Source: Gammaproteobacteria bacterium
GTDB lineage: Bacteria; Pseudomonadota; Gammaproteobacteria; JBCCGL01
Direction of reading: 5' to 3'
Assembly (NCBI GenBank): GCA_965277715.1
Contig: OZ255836.1
Coordinates: forward strand, 416,001 to 480,000
Length of the DNA: 64,000 bases
Below the pieces are notes generated by a model. It was not told the DNA's origin. It saw nothing but the letters and a program-made list of their open reading frames with translations, and searched no databases. Shown piece by piece: positions 31,465-41,851 of the stretch. Position 1 is the stretch's first letter, and each line of letters starts with the position of its first letter. A program made the translations under genes and the position numbers.

Positions 31465-31509
31465 TGACCCCTTTATACTGGCTACACCAAACTGCGCCAA
31501 GATATAATC

Positions 31510-31681
31510 TACGCTAAAGATACGACAAACGATGGATAAAAACTCCTCATACTACAAGCAAATTTCACTGCCAGTGCAAACACTCCTCTATATTGCGCGG
31601 GAGTCTTGTTTCGCCCTCAAAGGTGGTACGGCAATGAACTTATTTGTCCGAGATTTTCCACGATTATCCGTGGATATAGAT
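31510..31681 (+). repeat. Diverged 172-bp duplicate of the abiEi/abiEii junction (25008-25179)
   Basis: TACGCTAAAGATAC...CCGTGGATATAGAT colinear with substitutions. Confidence 0.9.
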
Positions 31682-31911
31682 TATGACTAATATGTTTCTA
31701 TGAATGAGCAACATATCCCGTTTTCTCGCCAATTTGCTTCACCAACAGAGGAAATGCTTCGTGACCCTGAATATCTATCGATGTGTGGACACAAACTTGA
31801 CAAAACCCTCAGTTGGAAAGACATCTTGCAGGCCCTGTGTGTCAACCTCACCTCAAGCCACTATGATTTAAGTTAACATCTAAATCAGGGCAGCTATCGA
31901 GAGTGAGAACA

Positions 31912-32325
31912 ATGCCAAAACCAATGTTAGATAAACCACAACCTGAGTCATGTGAGATCAAGCCTGATCGGACACTTGAGAAAAAGACTCGCCGCACTTT
32001 TACAGCAGCCTATAAGCTAAAGATGATCAATCAAGCTGATGCTTGCCAGCATGGACAGCTTGGCGCTTTGCTACGCCGTGAGAAGCTTTACTCCAATCAA
32101 TTGTCTCAGTGGCGAAGAGAACTGGCCGAAGGCGGTTTGTCAGGGCTATCAAAAAGCGCGCCCGGCCCTGCACCGCAAATGACGTCTGAGCAGCGCCGGA
32201 TAGCGCAGCTTGAAAAACAAGTAAACCGTCTGGAAAAACAAATCGCCCTTAAGGATGACTGTCTGGAACTCCAAAAAAAAGCCTTGGCGATGCTCGACCG
32301 ATTGAACAGCGGGATCGAGCAGTGA
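31912..32325 (+). CDS. IS3-family OrfA
   Basis: RRTFTAAYKL HTH, LLRREKLYS, coiled coil. Confidence 0.85.
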   Translation: MPKPMLDKPQPESCEIKPDRTLEKKTRRTFTAAYKLKMINQADACQHGQLGALLRREKLYSNQLSQWRRELAEGGLSGLSKSAPGPAPQMTSEQRRIAQLEKQVNRLEKQIALKDDCLELQKKALAMLDRLNSGIEQ

Positions 32326-33401
32326 ATACCGCGTTGACTGACCGCCCACCCTCAGTGTCCCAACGTCTGGCTTGTAAGGTATTGGCATTGTCACGGTCAC
32401 ACGTCCGGGCCAAGCAAAGCCGCCGCCATTTCTGTGGCCCTCCCAAACCAGCAGGAACCGTGCGAATCACTTGCCATCAGCCACGCCAACTGAGTGAAGA
32501 AGAATGCTCTGTGGTATTGAATACGCTCAATAGTGAAGCGTTCTATGATCAACCACCGGCGCAGGTTTACCATACCTTGCTGAGTCGCCGTATTTACCTC
32601 TGCTCCATCAGCACCATGCACCGCCTGCTGCGTCAGTCCGATCAGTCGGGGGAACGCCGAAAACAGCGTCCTGGGCAAACCAACGCAGTGCCAAGGCTTT
32701 CGGCCAGTCAGCCTAATGAGGTCTGGACATGGGATATTACAAAATTGGCCACCGTTAAGCGCGGCGTTTATTTATCGCTCTATGTGGTGATGGATTTATT
32801 CAGTCGCTACATCGTGGCCTGGATGCTTTCCCATAAAGAAAACAGTGCACTGGCACAGCAGCTCATTCAGGAGGCCAGTACACGTTACGCGATTAGACCC
32901 GACCAGCTGACGCTGCATCAGGATCGAGGGGCACCGATGACCGCACATTGCTACCTTGACTTACTGGGCGAGTTGGCGGTCACCGCTAGCCACAGCAGAC
33001 CCCGCGTGAGTAATGACAATCCTCATAGTGAAAGCCAATTTCGAACACTGAAGTATCAGCCTGACTACCCGCGTCGCTTTGATAGCTATAGCCATGCCAA
33101 TGGATGGTGCACTGAGTATATTGATTGGTATAACCATCAGCACTGTCACAGTGCGTTGGAGGGCTTCACACCTTGTCAGGTGTTTACTGGGCAGTACATA
33201 CCACTCAGTGAGGTTCGTCAGCAGGCACTCAATGAAAAGTATGTCCAACATGCAGAGCGATTTGTCAATCAGCGGCCTGTTGTCAGGATGCCGCCTGCGA
33301 AGGTCTACATTAATCCCGTGCGCGATGAACTGGGTAATATAGATCACGATGCACCCGTCAACTTCCCAACACTAAATCGGGCTAAATATATGGTAACTTG
33401 A
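32322..33401 (+). CDS. IS3-family OrfB DDE transposase
   Basis: WTWDIT, HQDRG, SNDNPHSESQF integrase core. Confidence 0.88.
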   Translation: MNTALTDRPPSVSQRLACKVLALSRSHVRAKQSRRHFCGPPKPAGTVRITCHQPRQLSEEECSVVLNTLNSEAFYDQPPAQVYHTLLSRRIYLCSISTMHRLLRQSDQSGERRKQRPGQTNAVPRLSASQPNEVWTWDITKLATVKRGVYLSLYVVMDLFSRYIVAWMLSHKENSALAQQLIQEASTRYAIRPDQLTLHQDRGAPMTAHCYLDLLGELAVTASHSRPRVSNDNPHSESQFRTLKYQPDYPRRFDSYSHANGWCTEYIDWYNHQHCHSALEGFTPCQVFTGQYIPLSEVRQQALNEKYVQHAERFVNQRPVVRMPPAKVYINPVRDELGNIDHDAPVNFPTLNRAKYMVT

Positions 33402-36400
33402 GTAACTGTGGCTTGAAACAGGTTGACACCTTCCGCAGGAACGCTGTGTTGTCGTACTGGGAGAAGGTAAATCTGGAAAAACCCATGAGTTCAAACAACA
33501 GGTAAAAGAACTGAGTTCCCAAGGCAAGCCTGCCATCTTTCTGCCACTCGAACTGCTCCACGACAATGTAATTGAGGACGTCTTGGGAGCCGAGGATAAC
33601 CGAATATTCCAGAACTGGCTAAACTCGGAATATGGGGATGCCTATTTCTTTTTAGACGCTGTCGATGAATTGAAGCTTCGCAAAGGTTCGTGGCGAGTCA
33701 CGCTAAACAAACTTCAACGCCTCATAGGGCCAAATATTGATCGAGTACGTCTTTTTGTTTCGTGCCGTCCTTTGGACTGGAATGACGAAATCGACATAGA
33801 GGAACTCAAGTCTTGGCTAACCCAAGGTATAGAAGTACAAGAGAGAAAGCACACAAACACTATATCTACATCAGGTGAAGATGTTTTTTTATCGGCGATC
33901 AAGCAAGCAGCCGATTCAAATACCGAGTCGAGCGATACGACGAATAAACCTGCCAAGAGACAAGTGAAAACCCTTGCTTTGTTGCCACTAAGCCAGAGTG
34001 AAATTACCGAGTTTGCAAGCTTATATCGCCCTACGTATGTTGAAAAACTCAAACAGGTGTTCGAAAAAAACGAACTTTGGCATCTTTATCAAGCGCCCGC
34101 CGATATTATGGATGCGCTGGATCTATTACACGCAAACGGGCAACTGGGAAGCCTCGAAGAACAATTGCGATTTGGCATTGAAAGCAAACTTAAAGAAACT
34201 TCAAACAAGAAACGTAACGCGCTTTCAATAGCGAAAGCAAAGGAAGGTGCGGAGCGTATTGCATTGGCGTTATTCCTGATAAAACAGAGGTCAATTCAAC
34301 TTCACGGAAACCAGAACGAGGGGTTTGACGTCGCCAAATTACTCACTGATTGGGCGCAAACAGATATAGAAGAGCTTCTGGGACGACCAATATTCGACCC
34401 AACAGGTGTTGGCTCGGTTCGTTTCCATCATCGCTCTACGCAGGAATTTCTTGCGGCAAGTCGGCTTAAGTTGTTGCTTGAAAATGGTCTATCTCGCGCC
34501 GATTTAAATGGCTTGCTCTTCAACGAGGTAAGTGGCGAGCGTGTGACTATTCCCAGCATGGAACCCATTACAGCGTGGCTTGCTCTATGGGATAGCGATA
34601 TCTTACGGGAAGTCGTAGAGCGAAAGCCCACCTTACTATTTCGCGAAGGTTTGCCTGCATCCATGAATGTTGATCTGCGTGCCAAACTCCTGCGTCGGTA
34701 CGTTGAACTTTACGCCAATAGTGAATGGCGTGGCGTGGGTGTTGGCCACTCAGAATTGAAACGGGTAGCTTCACCAGAGCTGGGTGCAGTGGTGCGCGAA
34801 CTCTGGTCAACCGCCTATACCGGTGAAGATACGCGTGAAATTTTTCTGGAATTGATTTGGCTAACGCCATTACGTGACTGCCTTGATTTGGCTTATCAGG
34901 CTGCCTTTGATAAACAACTGCCACCGCATCATCGCGTCTATGCCTGCTGGTCTATTACACAGTTTGGCAGCAGCGAACAAAAAAAGGCGCTTGGTACTTC
35001 AATATTAAAACAGCATTGGCCTGAACGAGTTGTCTGGGATGTAATGCCTTATCTATTACCAGAGTCGCTTACCGTTGAGCAGTTTGCAAGGCTTTCTCTG
35101 GCTCAACAGGAAACACCGAATACTGTATATGATTTGAGCTACTCACTTTATCAAACCATGAAGTCTGACGATATCTCAGATGCCATAAAAGTTGAATTAC
35201 GTAACCGTTTCACTAATGCGGTTTGGGAAAATCGCAGGCCTGAAAGCAAAATTTATCAGGCCCATTCAAATTTTCACCACCTAAACGATGCAATATTGAC
35301 CTGCTGTAACGCGATCAGACCACACTCAGATAAAGAAATTGCAGTTTGGACATGGTCGCTTTGTGTAGCGTTTCATTTTAGCAAGCGGCACTCAAGCACT
35401 ATTGCTATAGATGACACAAATGCTCTACGTAAGTTGCTGAATACCAATACCGCATTCAAAGAAGCTTTCTATTGGGCTTGCTTTGAATTTGCTGAACAGA
35501 TTGAAGACTCGGGAAATGACTGGGAACGCTTTATTAACACTGACTACGAAACTATTAGGCCTCTCAAGTTAAACGATATACCGTGGTTACTAACCGCACT
35601 TGGCAATGTGAATCAAGAAGAACGGCGTGGCACGGCGTTCTATGCTCTGTCAGGTTTTATTAGAGCTGGTGAAAAACCGGATTTATCTGCTGAAATTAAA
35701 TCGAATATTTCTGATCGCCTCGATTTACTTCAAGAGTTAGAAAAAGCACTGAACCCACCGAAACGCGAACCACAAGACTATGAGGTCGAACGTATTAGAC
35801 GAAAAAAAAAAAACAAAAACGTAAAGAAAAAAAGCGGATCGAACAGTGGCTGGAATGGCGCCGAGAGGTTTTGAATGCGCCAAATTTTCTGTTGGATGAA
35901 AAAGAACGAGAACACACTCTTTACAATTTCCATAAAGTGTTACGAGGACATAGTGACGGGCGCTCCTCTTGGGGAAACTGGGATGCAGGTTTTATTTCAG
36001 ATGCATTTTCCAGTGACTTTTTACTTAGCTTGCGCACCGCACTGCAACTATTTTGGCGAGGCCAGAAGGTTCAGCTTTGGAGTGAGCGTCCACCAGACAA
36101 ACGAAACTCATTTTGCGACTCTTGGTTGTTATCCCTTATCGCTGTAAAAAGTGAAGCCGGGCAAAGGGGCTGGGCAGATAAACTGACTGAAAGCGAAACC
36201 AGATTGGCCGCTAGAATTTCCACACTTGAATTGAACGGTTTTGCAGGTTTTCTCCCTAGCCTTGAGCAGACCCATCCAAGCATAGTCTACGACGTTATGG
36301 GAACAGAGTTGGGAAGCCAGTTGCGCGGCTTTACAAGCAATGAAACGGCGCCATTACTACATGACCTTTTGTATCACGGCAGTATAGGTATACAGCGATC

Positions 36401-37840
36401 CGTCGCCGGCGTTATTACGGATAATTATCATTACTTACCCACAAACCTTTCCGGCAATGTGAAGAACGAGGTGAAATACGCTTTTAAGATAGTAGCCTTA
36501 CACGGCACCTGCGAAGAAAAACATGCAGCATTGCGGTTAATCCAACATCGCCTTGACGCACTAAATTCGCAGGGGAGTGAAATTGAAGCTATTTGGATTA
36601 GCCTAATGGCAAAGCTGGATTTGCGACTTGCCTGCAAGCGCATACTAAGTAAAACAAACAACCTGAATACCGGAGACGAACAGGATTGGGCCATTACTCT
36701 ATTCGCCGAAATTTTTGGTGATCGACATACTGACGCCAGACCTGGTTTTGACCAAATACCCATGTCGGAGCGGGGACAAATATTGAAGGATATGGTTATA
36801 CGCGCCTACGCCACTGTTCGCGTGGAAGACGATATACACCACGATGGGTGCTACACACCTGGGAAACGTGATCATGCTGAAACAGCCCGAAGCTATCTGT
36901 TTAGCTCACTGATTGAAACTAAGTCACCGCATACCCTGTTGACCTTATATGAATTCTCGGAAATGCCTGAATTTGCTCATATGAAGGATCGTCTTAAACA
37001 AATAGCAACAGAAGTGGCTGCTCAAATATGCGAACCAGTCCCCATGCCGCTCGATACATATCGTCGGTTCGATCAACAACAATCATATTCACCGTACGAC
37101 AAACCGTCACTATTTATGGTGATGAATAACCGAATAGCGGACTTCCGTCATCATCTATTAAAAGATGAGTTTTCTACTATTGACACATTAAGGAAGATTG
37201 ATAGTGAAACCGAGCTAAGGCGTTTTATTGCCAATTGGCTCAATCAGAATAGTCACGGTGCTTACACCATCACTCAAGAAGCAGTGAAAGTAAGTGAAAA
37301 CCGGACAGATATTCGTCTTCAACCTTATAGTGGTGATTTCCACGCGACCATAGAGCTAAAACTCGTTGGAAAGAACAAACCATACTGGAGTGGAGTTGAT
37401 CTGAAAAATGCATTGATTGATCAGTTAATAGAAAAATACCTCAGCGATGATCGCTGCACGGTCGGATGCTTGCTGATCTGCATGCGTGAGCCACGGCAGT
37501 GGCAAAACCCCGAAACAAAGAAAAAGATGAATCTAAAGCAGACAGTCGATTGGTTGCAAAGTATTGCAGATAAATTAACGGAAAATACCCCCAATTTGTG
37601 GGTTTCTGTCAAAGGTATCGATTATTCTCGCCAAGAAATTCGCCAATCCCACTAGGCTAGGCTATAACGTCTATGCTACCTGTTGATCATATACCCAATT
37701 CAAAACGGGTAGCTCTCACTAAATCAAGCTCGCTACGCTTGCCTGATTTAGTCGTGTGTCAGATTAGATCTAAACTTATACCACTTGGTACGAAAATACT
37801 TGACCACTACACTACCTGGCCACTATACGAATTCTTTTAC

Positions 37841-38737
37841 CTAAATTAAATGGTCACTGCTGAGACTCTCAATCTTCCTCAAACAAAGCCTTTCCACCAT
37901 CCCCTGCAAGCACACCACGCGCTCGGCCAACCACTCAAGCTCTTCCGCCGTAATTTCATAGTGCTCAGAATAACGGGCGTCTACATAGGCTTTTTTCAAC
38001 AACTGAAACCGGCGGCGTTGTATTTTGGTATCTTGCGGAAAAACCCCGGCAATGCCTTCATGTTGCAAAATAGCCAGGGAGTTAAGTTGTTGCAAATTGT
38101 GGGTATTGGGTTTGTAGTTGGTTAATACCAATAGGAAGCAGGAATATAGTCTTTCCGTCGCCTGATGAAGTTCAAAAGCCGCTTTTTTATAACGATTTTT
38201 TCGCAAGTCATCGTGGAAGGTATCGAAGAATTCACCAGCACTCTCAAACCATTGCCTATAATACTTTTCCGCAATAGCCTTATATTGCGTTGGCGATAAA
38301 TTACCCTCTTGCACCAACTCAGTTTTGTCAAATTCATACAGCAAAACGCCCTGCTGTTTAATATCAGAAAAAAAATACTGCCCCTCCATTAAGGCATTAT
38401 TCACTTCCTTCAGGGTATGTACCAGAATATTGATAGGGGGCCGCACACGCAGGGCGACCCGCTCATCAACGGCATTCCAGAGTTTGTAGTCCTCCACCAG
38501 TTCGGCTTTATTAAGAATCACCAGAATATCGTAATCGCTGACATAACCGTGGGCCGGGTCATTCACCCACTTACCCGTGGCAAAACTGCCAAACAGAATA
38601 ATCTTGGCGATACGGCTGTGCTTTTTCTTGCCGTTGGCAAAGCCGGTTACTTGCTCAAATTCGTCACGTATTACTGAAACGATATGGGCAATATCATTTT
38701 GCTTGGAGGTGGGTAAATGATCGAGGGATCGCTGCAT
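37841..38737 (-). CDS. MNT-HEPN fusion protein
   Basis: ILFGSFATG...SDYDIL; AAFELHQATE...THNL...AYVDARY. Confidence 0.88.
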   Translation of the reverse strand: MQRSLDHLPTSKQNDIAHIVSVIRDEFEQVTGFANGKKKHSRIAKIILFGSFATGKWVNDPAHGYVSDYDILVILNKAELVEDYKLWNAVDERVALRVRPPINILVHTLKEVNNALMEGQYFFSDIKQQGVLLYEFDKTELVQEGNLSPTQYKAIAEKYYRQWFESAGEFFDTFHDDLRKNRYKKAAFELHQATERLYSCFLLVLTNYKPNTHNLQQLNSLAILQHEGIAGVFPQDTKIQRRRFQLLKKAYVDARYSEHYEITAEELEWLAERVVCLQGMVERLCLRKIESLSSDHLI

Positions 38738-38839
38738 AAGGGCATTATACCCGCGTAATGTAATGATGGGAAAACGCTTCGTATTACCGTGTCCTATGCG
38801 TGAATTAACGTACTAACGTAAGCGCCCTTAAATCAACCT

Positions 38840-40447
38840 CTATTCCAAGGTAATGTCCAAACCGACATGCCAAGGTAGCAAGGCCTCTATCTTTTCAAGA
38901 GTATCGGCACTACCGATATGATTAAGGACGTGCAGTATGTACGCATAGGGTTCAAGACCATTAGCTTTGGCCGTTTCGATCAATGAGTAACATGTGGCAC
39001 TGGCATGGGCGCCACGGGTTGAATCGGCAAACAACCAGGCTTTTCTACCCACGGCAAAAGGCCTAATGGCATTTTCAGCCAGCACGTTGCTGATGTGTAA
39101 CCGTCCATCATCACAGTAGCCTGTGAGGGTATGCCATTGATTCAGTGCATAGTCCATGGCGTTACGCGTAAGGGACTTTTTAGCCACCTTAGTAATATGC
39201 TTATCCAGCCATTGTTTGAATTCTTCCAACACCGGTTGGCTAAGTTTTTGGCGAAACCTTTGTTTTTCTGCGGGTTCAAGCGCTTGTATCTTTTTCTCAA
39301 TGAGATAGAGCTTGCGGATTTTACCGATGGCGGCATCGGCTTTCGAGGCACGGGGGTTTTTCGTGTTTGCTTTATCGGCAGCTTTAATGGCATCAATGAA
39401 TTTTCGGCGCACATGATCCCAGCAACCGATACGTGTCAGATTTTGCTGCTCGCACACCCCGTTATACCCTGAATAGCCATCGACTTGCAGAGTGCCTTGA
39501 AAACCTTCCAGTAAGCGTTGTGGGACTTCGCCCGAACGAGAGGGGTCGTATTCAAACAACACACTGGGCTGGTCTGGAGGGCCACCGCGCGTTAGCCACA
39601 TCCATTTATCGGATTGGGCGGTTTTGCCATTTTCTTTGAGTACCTGGATACGTGTTTCGTCCATTTGCACATAATCACCGTCATTTTGACTTTCCCGCAG
39701 CAAGGTCATCAGGGGTTTAAAAACCGCTTCCAGGCGAATCATCCAGTTGGCCATGTTGGTGCGGCTCACGGCATGTCCATAACGCTTTAAAATGCTTTCC
39801 TGGCGATACAAGGGCAACCCATCGGCGTATTTGGACACCATGATGTTGGCGAGCAGAGCCGTGCTGGCAAAGCACTTACCCAAAGGGTGTATGGGGCGTT
39901 GCGCGGCGATGATGTGGTCATCACCTGCGTAGCTGAAGACGGCCTTTTCTTGCCAGTACTCTAAAACGTTGAGTTGTGCGGGAATGTATTGGAGTTCTTC
40001 TTTGACTTTCACAAAGAAAGTACGTGTAGCGCCTGATTTTTCCTCATCGCTTAAGGCTAGCTCAACGCGCACACGGGGTAAGTGGTTGGAGAAGCCGCGT
40101 TGACGTTTTTTCTTGTTCGTGACCGTAGGCTGAGGTAGCAACTCATCCGGTAGCTGGCTATCAATGTCGACAATGGCTTGTTCGAGTTCCGCTTCATCAA
40201 ACAAGTCAATCTGGAAGGCAAGCTTTTCGCTGTTAGCGCCGAACCTCTGAACCTTGGAAAGACGCAACCGTTCTTCCAGCAAACGAATGTAGTGATCGCG
40301 GTTTTTAATGGTGTTTTTGTGACGTTGAATAATTTGGTTATGGTGCGCTAATTCGGCTTCTTTTTCTGCCAGCACGGTCACTAATTCAGCCGCCGTTAAG
40401 CCGGTGTAATTGCGTTGTTTTTGTTGAATTTCCGATGCCAAAACCAT
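38840..40447 (-). CDS. IS66 transposase TnpC
   Basis: KYADGLPLYRQ, MDET, VDGYSGY, CWDHVRRKF, SNVLAENAIRP. Confidence 0.93.
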   Translation of the reverse strand: MVLASEIQQKQRNYTGLTAAELVTVLAEKEAELAHHNQIIQRHKNTIKNRDHYIRLLEERLRLSKVQRFGANSEKLAFQIDLFDEAELEQAIVDIDSQLPDELLPQPTVTNKKKRQRGFSNHLPRVRVELALSDEEKSGATRTFFVKVKEELQYIPAQLNVLEYWQEKAVFSYAGDDHIIAAQRPIHPLGKCFASTALLANIMVSKYADGLPLYRQESILKRYGHAVSRTNMANWMIRLEAVFKPLMTLLRESQNDGDYVQMDETRIQVLKENGKTAQSDKWMWLTRGGPPDQPSVLFEYDPSRSGEVPQRLLEGFQGTLQVDGYSGYNGVCEQQNLTRIGCWDHVRRKFIDAIKAADKANTKNPRASKADAAIGKIRKLYLIEKKIQALEPAEKQRFRQKLSQPVLEEFKQWLDKHITKVAKKSLTRNAMDYALNQWHTLTGYCDDGRLHISNVLAENAIRPFAVGRKAWLFADSTRGAHASATCYSLIETAKANGLEPYAYILHVLNHIGSADTLEKIEALLPWHVGLDITLE

Positions 40448-40514
40448 CGCGTAATAATACCAAATAGCCGTCTAAAAATCACTAAAATCAAACACTTTTT
40501 CACCCTTTAGCGAG

Positions 40515-40883
40515 CTAAAAAACAGACTCGTAATGCAATACTTTGTGGCCTCTCATTGCGGCTAAATCATAGCCATCAAGCAACCCGTTTATTTGCGTTC
40601 CGGTAAGTGATATGACTTCCTCATCGAGGTCAGGCCACTTAAACTGCTCTTCGGCCAAGGCTTTGTAATACAGTACAAAACCGTTGTCCTCCCACATCAG
40701 ACACTTGATTTTGTTGCGGTGGCGATTGGTGAACACGTATAAGCCACCCTCAAACAGGTTGTGACCCAGCTCTCGCTCAACAATGGCCGCAAGGCCATTG
40801 CTTTGCTTACGAAAGTCCACCGCCTCTCGGTATAAAAACACCTTTGGAATATCGAGCGATGGCCGTAAATAACGGGCCGTCAT
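40515..40883 (-). CDS. IS66 accessory protein TnpB
   Basis: VDFRKQSNGL, VFTNRHRNKIK, WEDNGFVLYYK. Confidence 0.92.
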   Translation of the reverse strand: MTARYLRPSLDIPKVFLYREAVDFRKQSNGLAAIVERELGHNLFEGGLYVFTNRHRNKIKCLMWEDNGFVLYYKALAEEQFKWPDLDEEVISLTGTQINGLLDGYDLAAMRGHKVLHYESVF

Positions 40884-41197
40884 AACTGCGCCAGTAACGC
40901 GCTAACTAACGTCACGTTAGCGGCGGTAATGCCAGAAATGGCACAGCCATTGGCCAGCGTAAAACACAAACCTGAATCAGCCCTTTGCCTATCAGCCACC
41001 ATCACTTGGGTAAAGCCTGCTACAGGCATGTTACTCTGCACTGCTTGAATAGTTTTACGCGAACATTTACGGCTCCAATAGTAAAACTGCTTCAAGTGGA
41101 TGCCGTTATCCTGGCAAAACTGCGCACCACTCAAACCGGATGCTTGCCATTGTTCAATTTGATTGCGCCAGTACGACGCGCGTTCTTTATTACTCAT
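40880..41197 (-). CDS. IS66 accessory protein TnpA
   Basis: WQASGLSGAQFC...FYYW HTH. Confidence 0.9.
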   Translation of the reverse strand: MSNKERASYWRNQIEQWQASGLSGAQFCQDNGIHLKQFYYWSRKCSRKTIQAVQSNMPVAGFTQVMVADRQRADSGLCFTLANGCAISGITAANVTLVSALLAQL

Positions 41198-41330
41198 ATT
41201 ACACCTATGCGGGTATTGGGTTGATGTGGTGCAGTGTGAGGACCAACCCGAGTAATTGGTAGACGCCTATTCTTTGGCGCTTACGTACTAACGACCATCA
41301 ATTAGCACTTGCCTCCTCTATATCTCCTGT

Positions 41331-41630
41331 TTATGACGCTAAGGGCGCAGAATTTTGCCCAATACCATTACGGTTTTCCCCAGGGGAACGGTATTTTTTA
41401 TTCAACACCTTTTCCACGTCTTGTATGGCATGGGCAAGCAGCGTGACAATATAGCCACCCCCCGCCTCAGCACCATCAAAATCACTTAACTGTGGATTGG
41501 TATCCAGTGACTTACCGATAAAGTGCAATGAGCTGGCGATAAACGACAAGGTGTCGATGGGGTTGTCTTCTACTACGACTAAAATAGAGCGTTGTATTTC
41601 ACGCGTGGTGGGCGGGAGAGTATTGGGCAT
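41331..41630 (-). CDS. Hypothetical protein downstream of the C4 RNA
   Basis: GAGGAA RBS then ATG at 41630 (MPNTLPP...), 99 aa. Confidence 0.6.
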   Translation of the reverse strand: MPNTLPPTTREIQRSILVVVEDNPIDTLSFIASSLHFIGKSLDTNPQLSDFDGAEAGGGYIVTLLAHAIQDVEKVLNKKYRSPGENRNGIGQNSAPLAS

Positions 41631-41683
41631 AATGGTTTCCTCTTCGGTATGTTTAACCACCAAAGAGGTCTCAATCTCCAATT

Positions 41684-41759
41684 GGTGGCAAGCCAACAGG
41701 GTTGAGACTACCGGCCCAAAGAACGGCCCACCTAAAGGCGGCCCCGTTGACCTGCCATA
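41684..41759 (-). ncRNA. C4 antisense RNA (P1/P7 c4, P4 CI-like)
   Basis: TATGGCAGGTCAAC...GTTGGCTTGCCACC closing stem with GTCTCAA, complementary to TTGAGAC sites on both sides (41814-41820, 41668-41674). Confidence 0.75.
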
Positions 41760-41851
41760 ACAATAAACTCGACTAAAAGGCATCTATCCGCCTTTTAATC
41801 GCTTCGAGCCAGGGTCTCAATCCTGACACCGGATTTTGCCGATGCCAACAC

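Larger units (their letters stand above)
31831..33437 (+). mobile_element. IS3-family insertion sequence
   Basis: Inverted ends GTGTCAACC...TCAAGCCAC and GTGGCTTGA...GGTTGACAC; GCAGG at both junctions; removal restores the host frame. Confidence 0.88.
31700..37655 (+). pseudogene. STAND/NACHT-like NTPase with C-terminal PD-(D/E)xK nuclease, interrupted by IS3 and a poly-A frameshift
   Basis: ATG 31700...DILQ|ERCVVVLGEGKSGKT (Walker A) rejoined across the IS; FFLDAVDE Walker B, SCRP, FHHRSTQEF; RTDIRL...IELK near the C-terminus; A12 at 35802-35813. Confidence 0.8.
38818..41284 (-). mobile_element. Complete IS66 element with 8-bp target duplication
   Basis: GTAAGCGCC...GGCGCTTAC ends; GTACTAAC at 38810-38817 and 41285-41292. 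Confidence 0.95.

Noticed and set aside
37718-37752. Hairpin ACTAAATCAAGC...GCCTGATTTAGT as an attC site
   Set aside because: No R-box pair recognised; more likely a terminator-like palindrome between convergent genes
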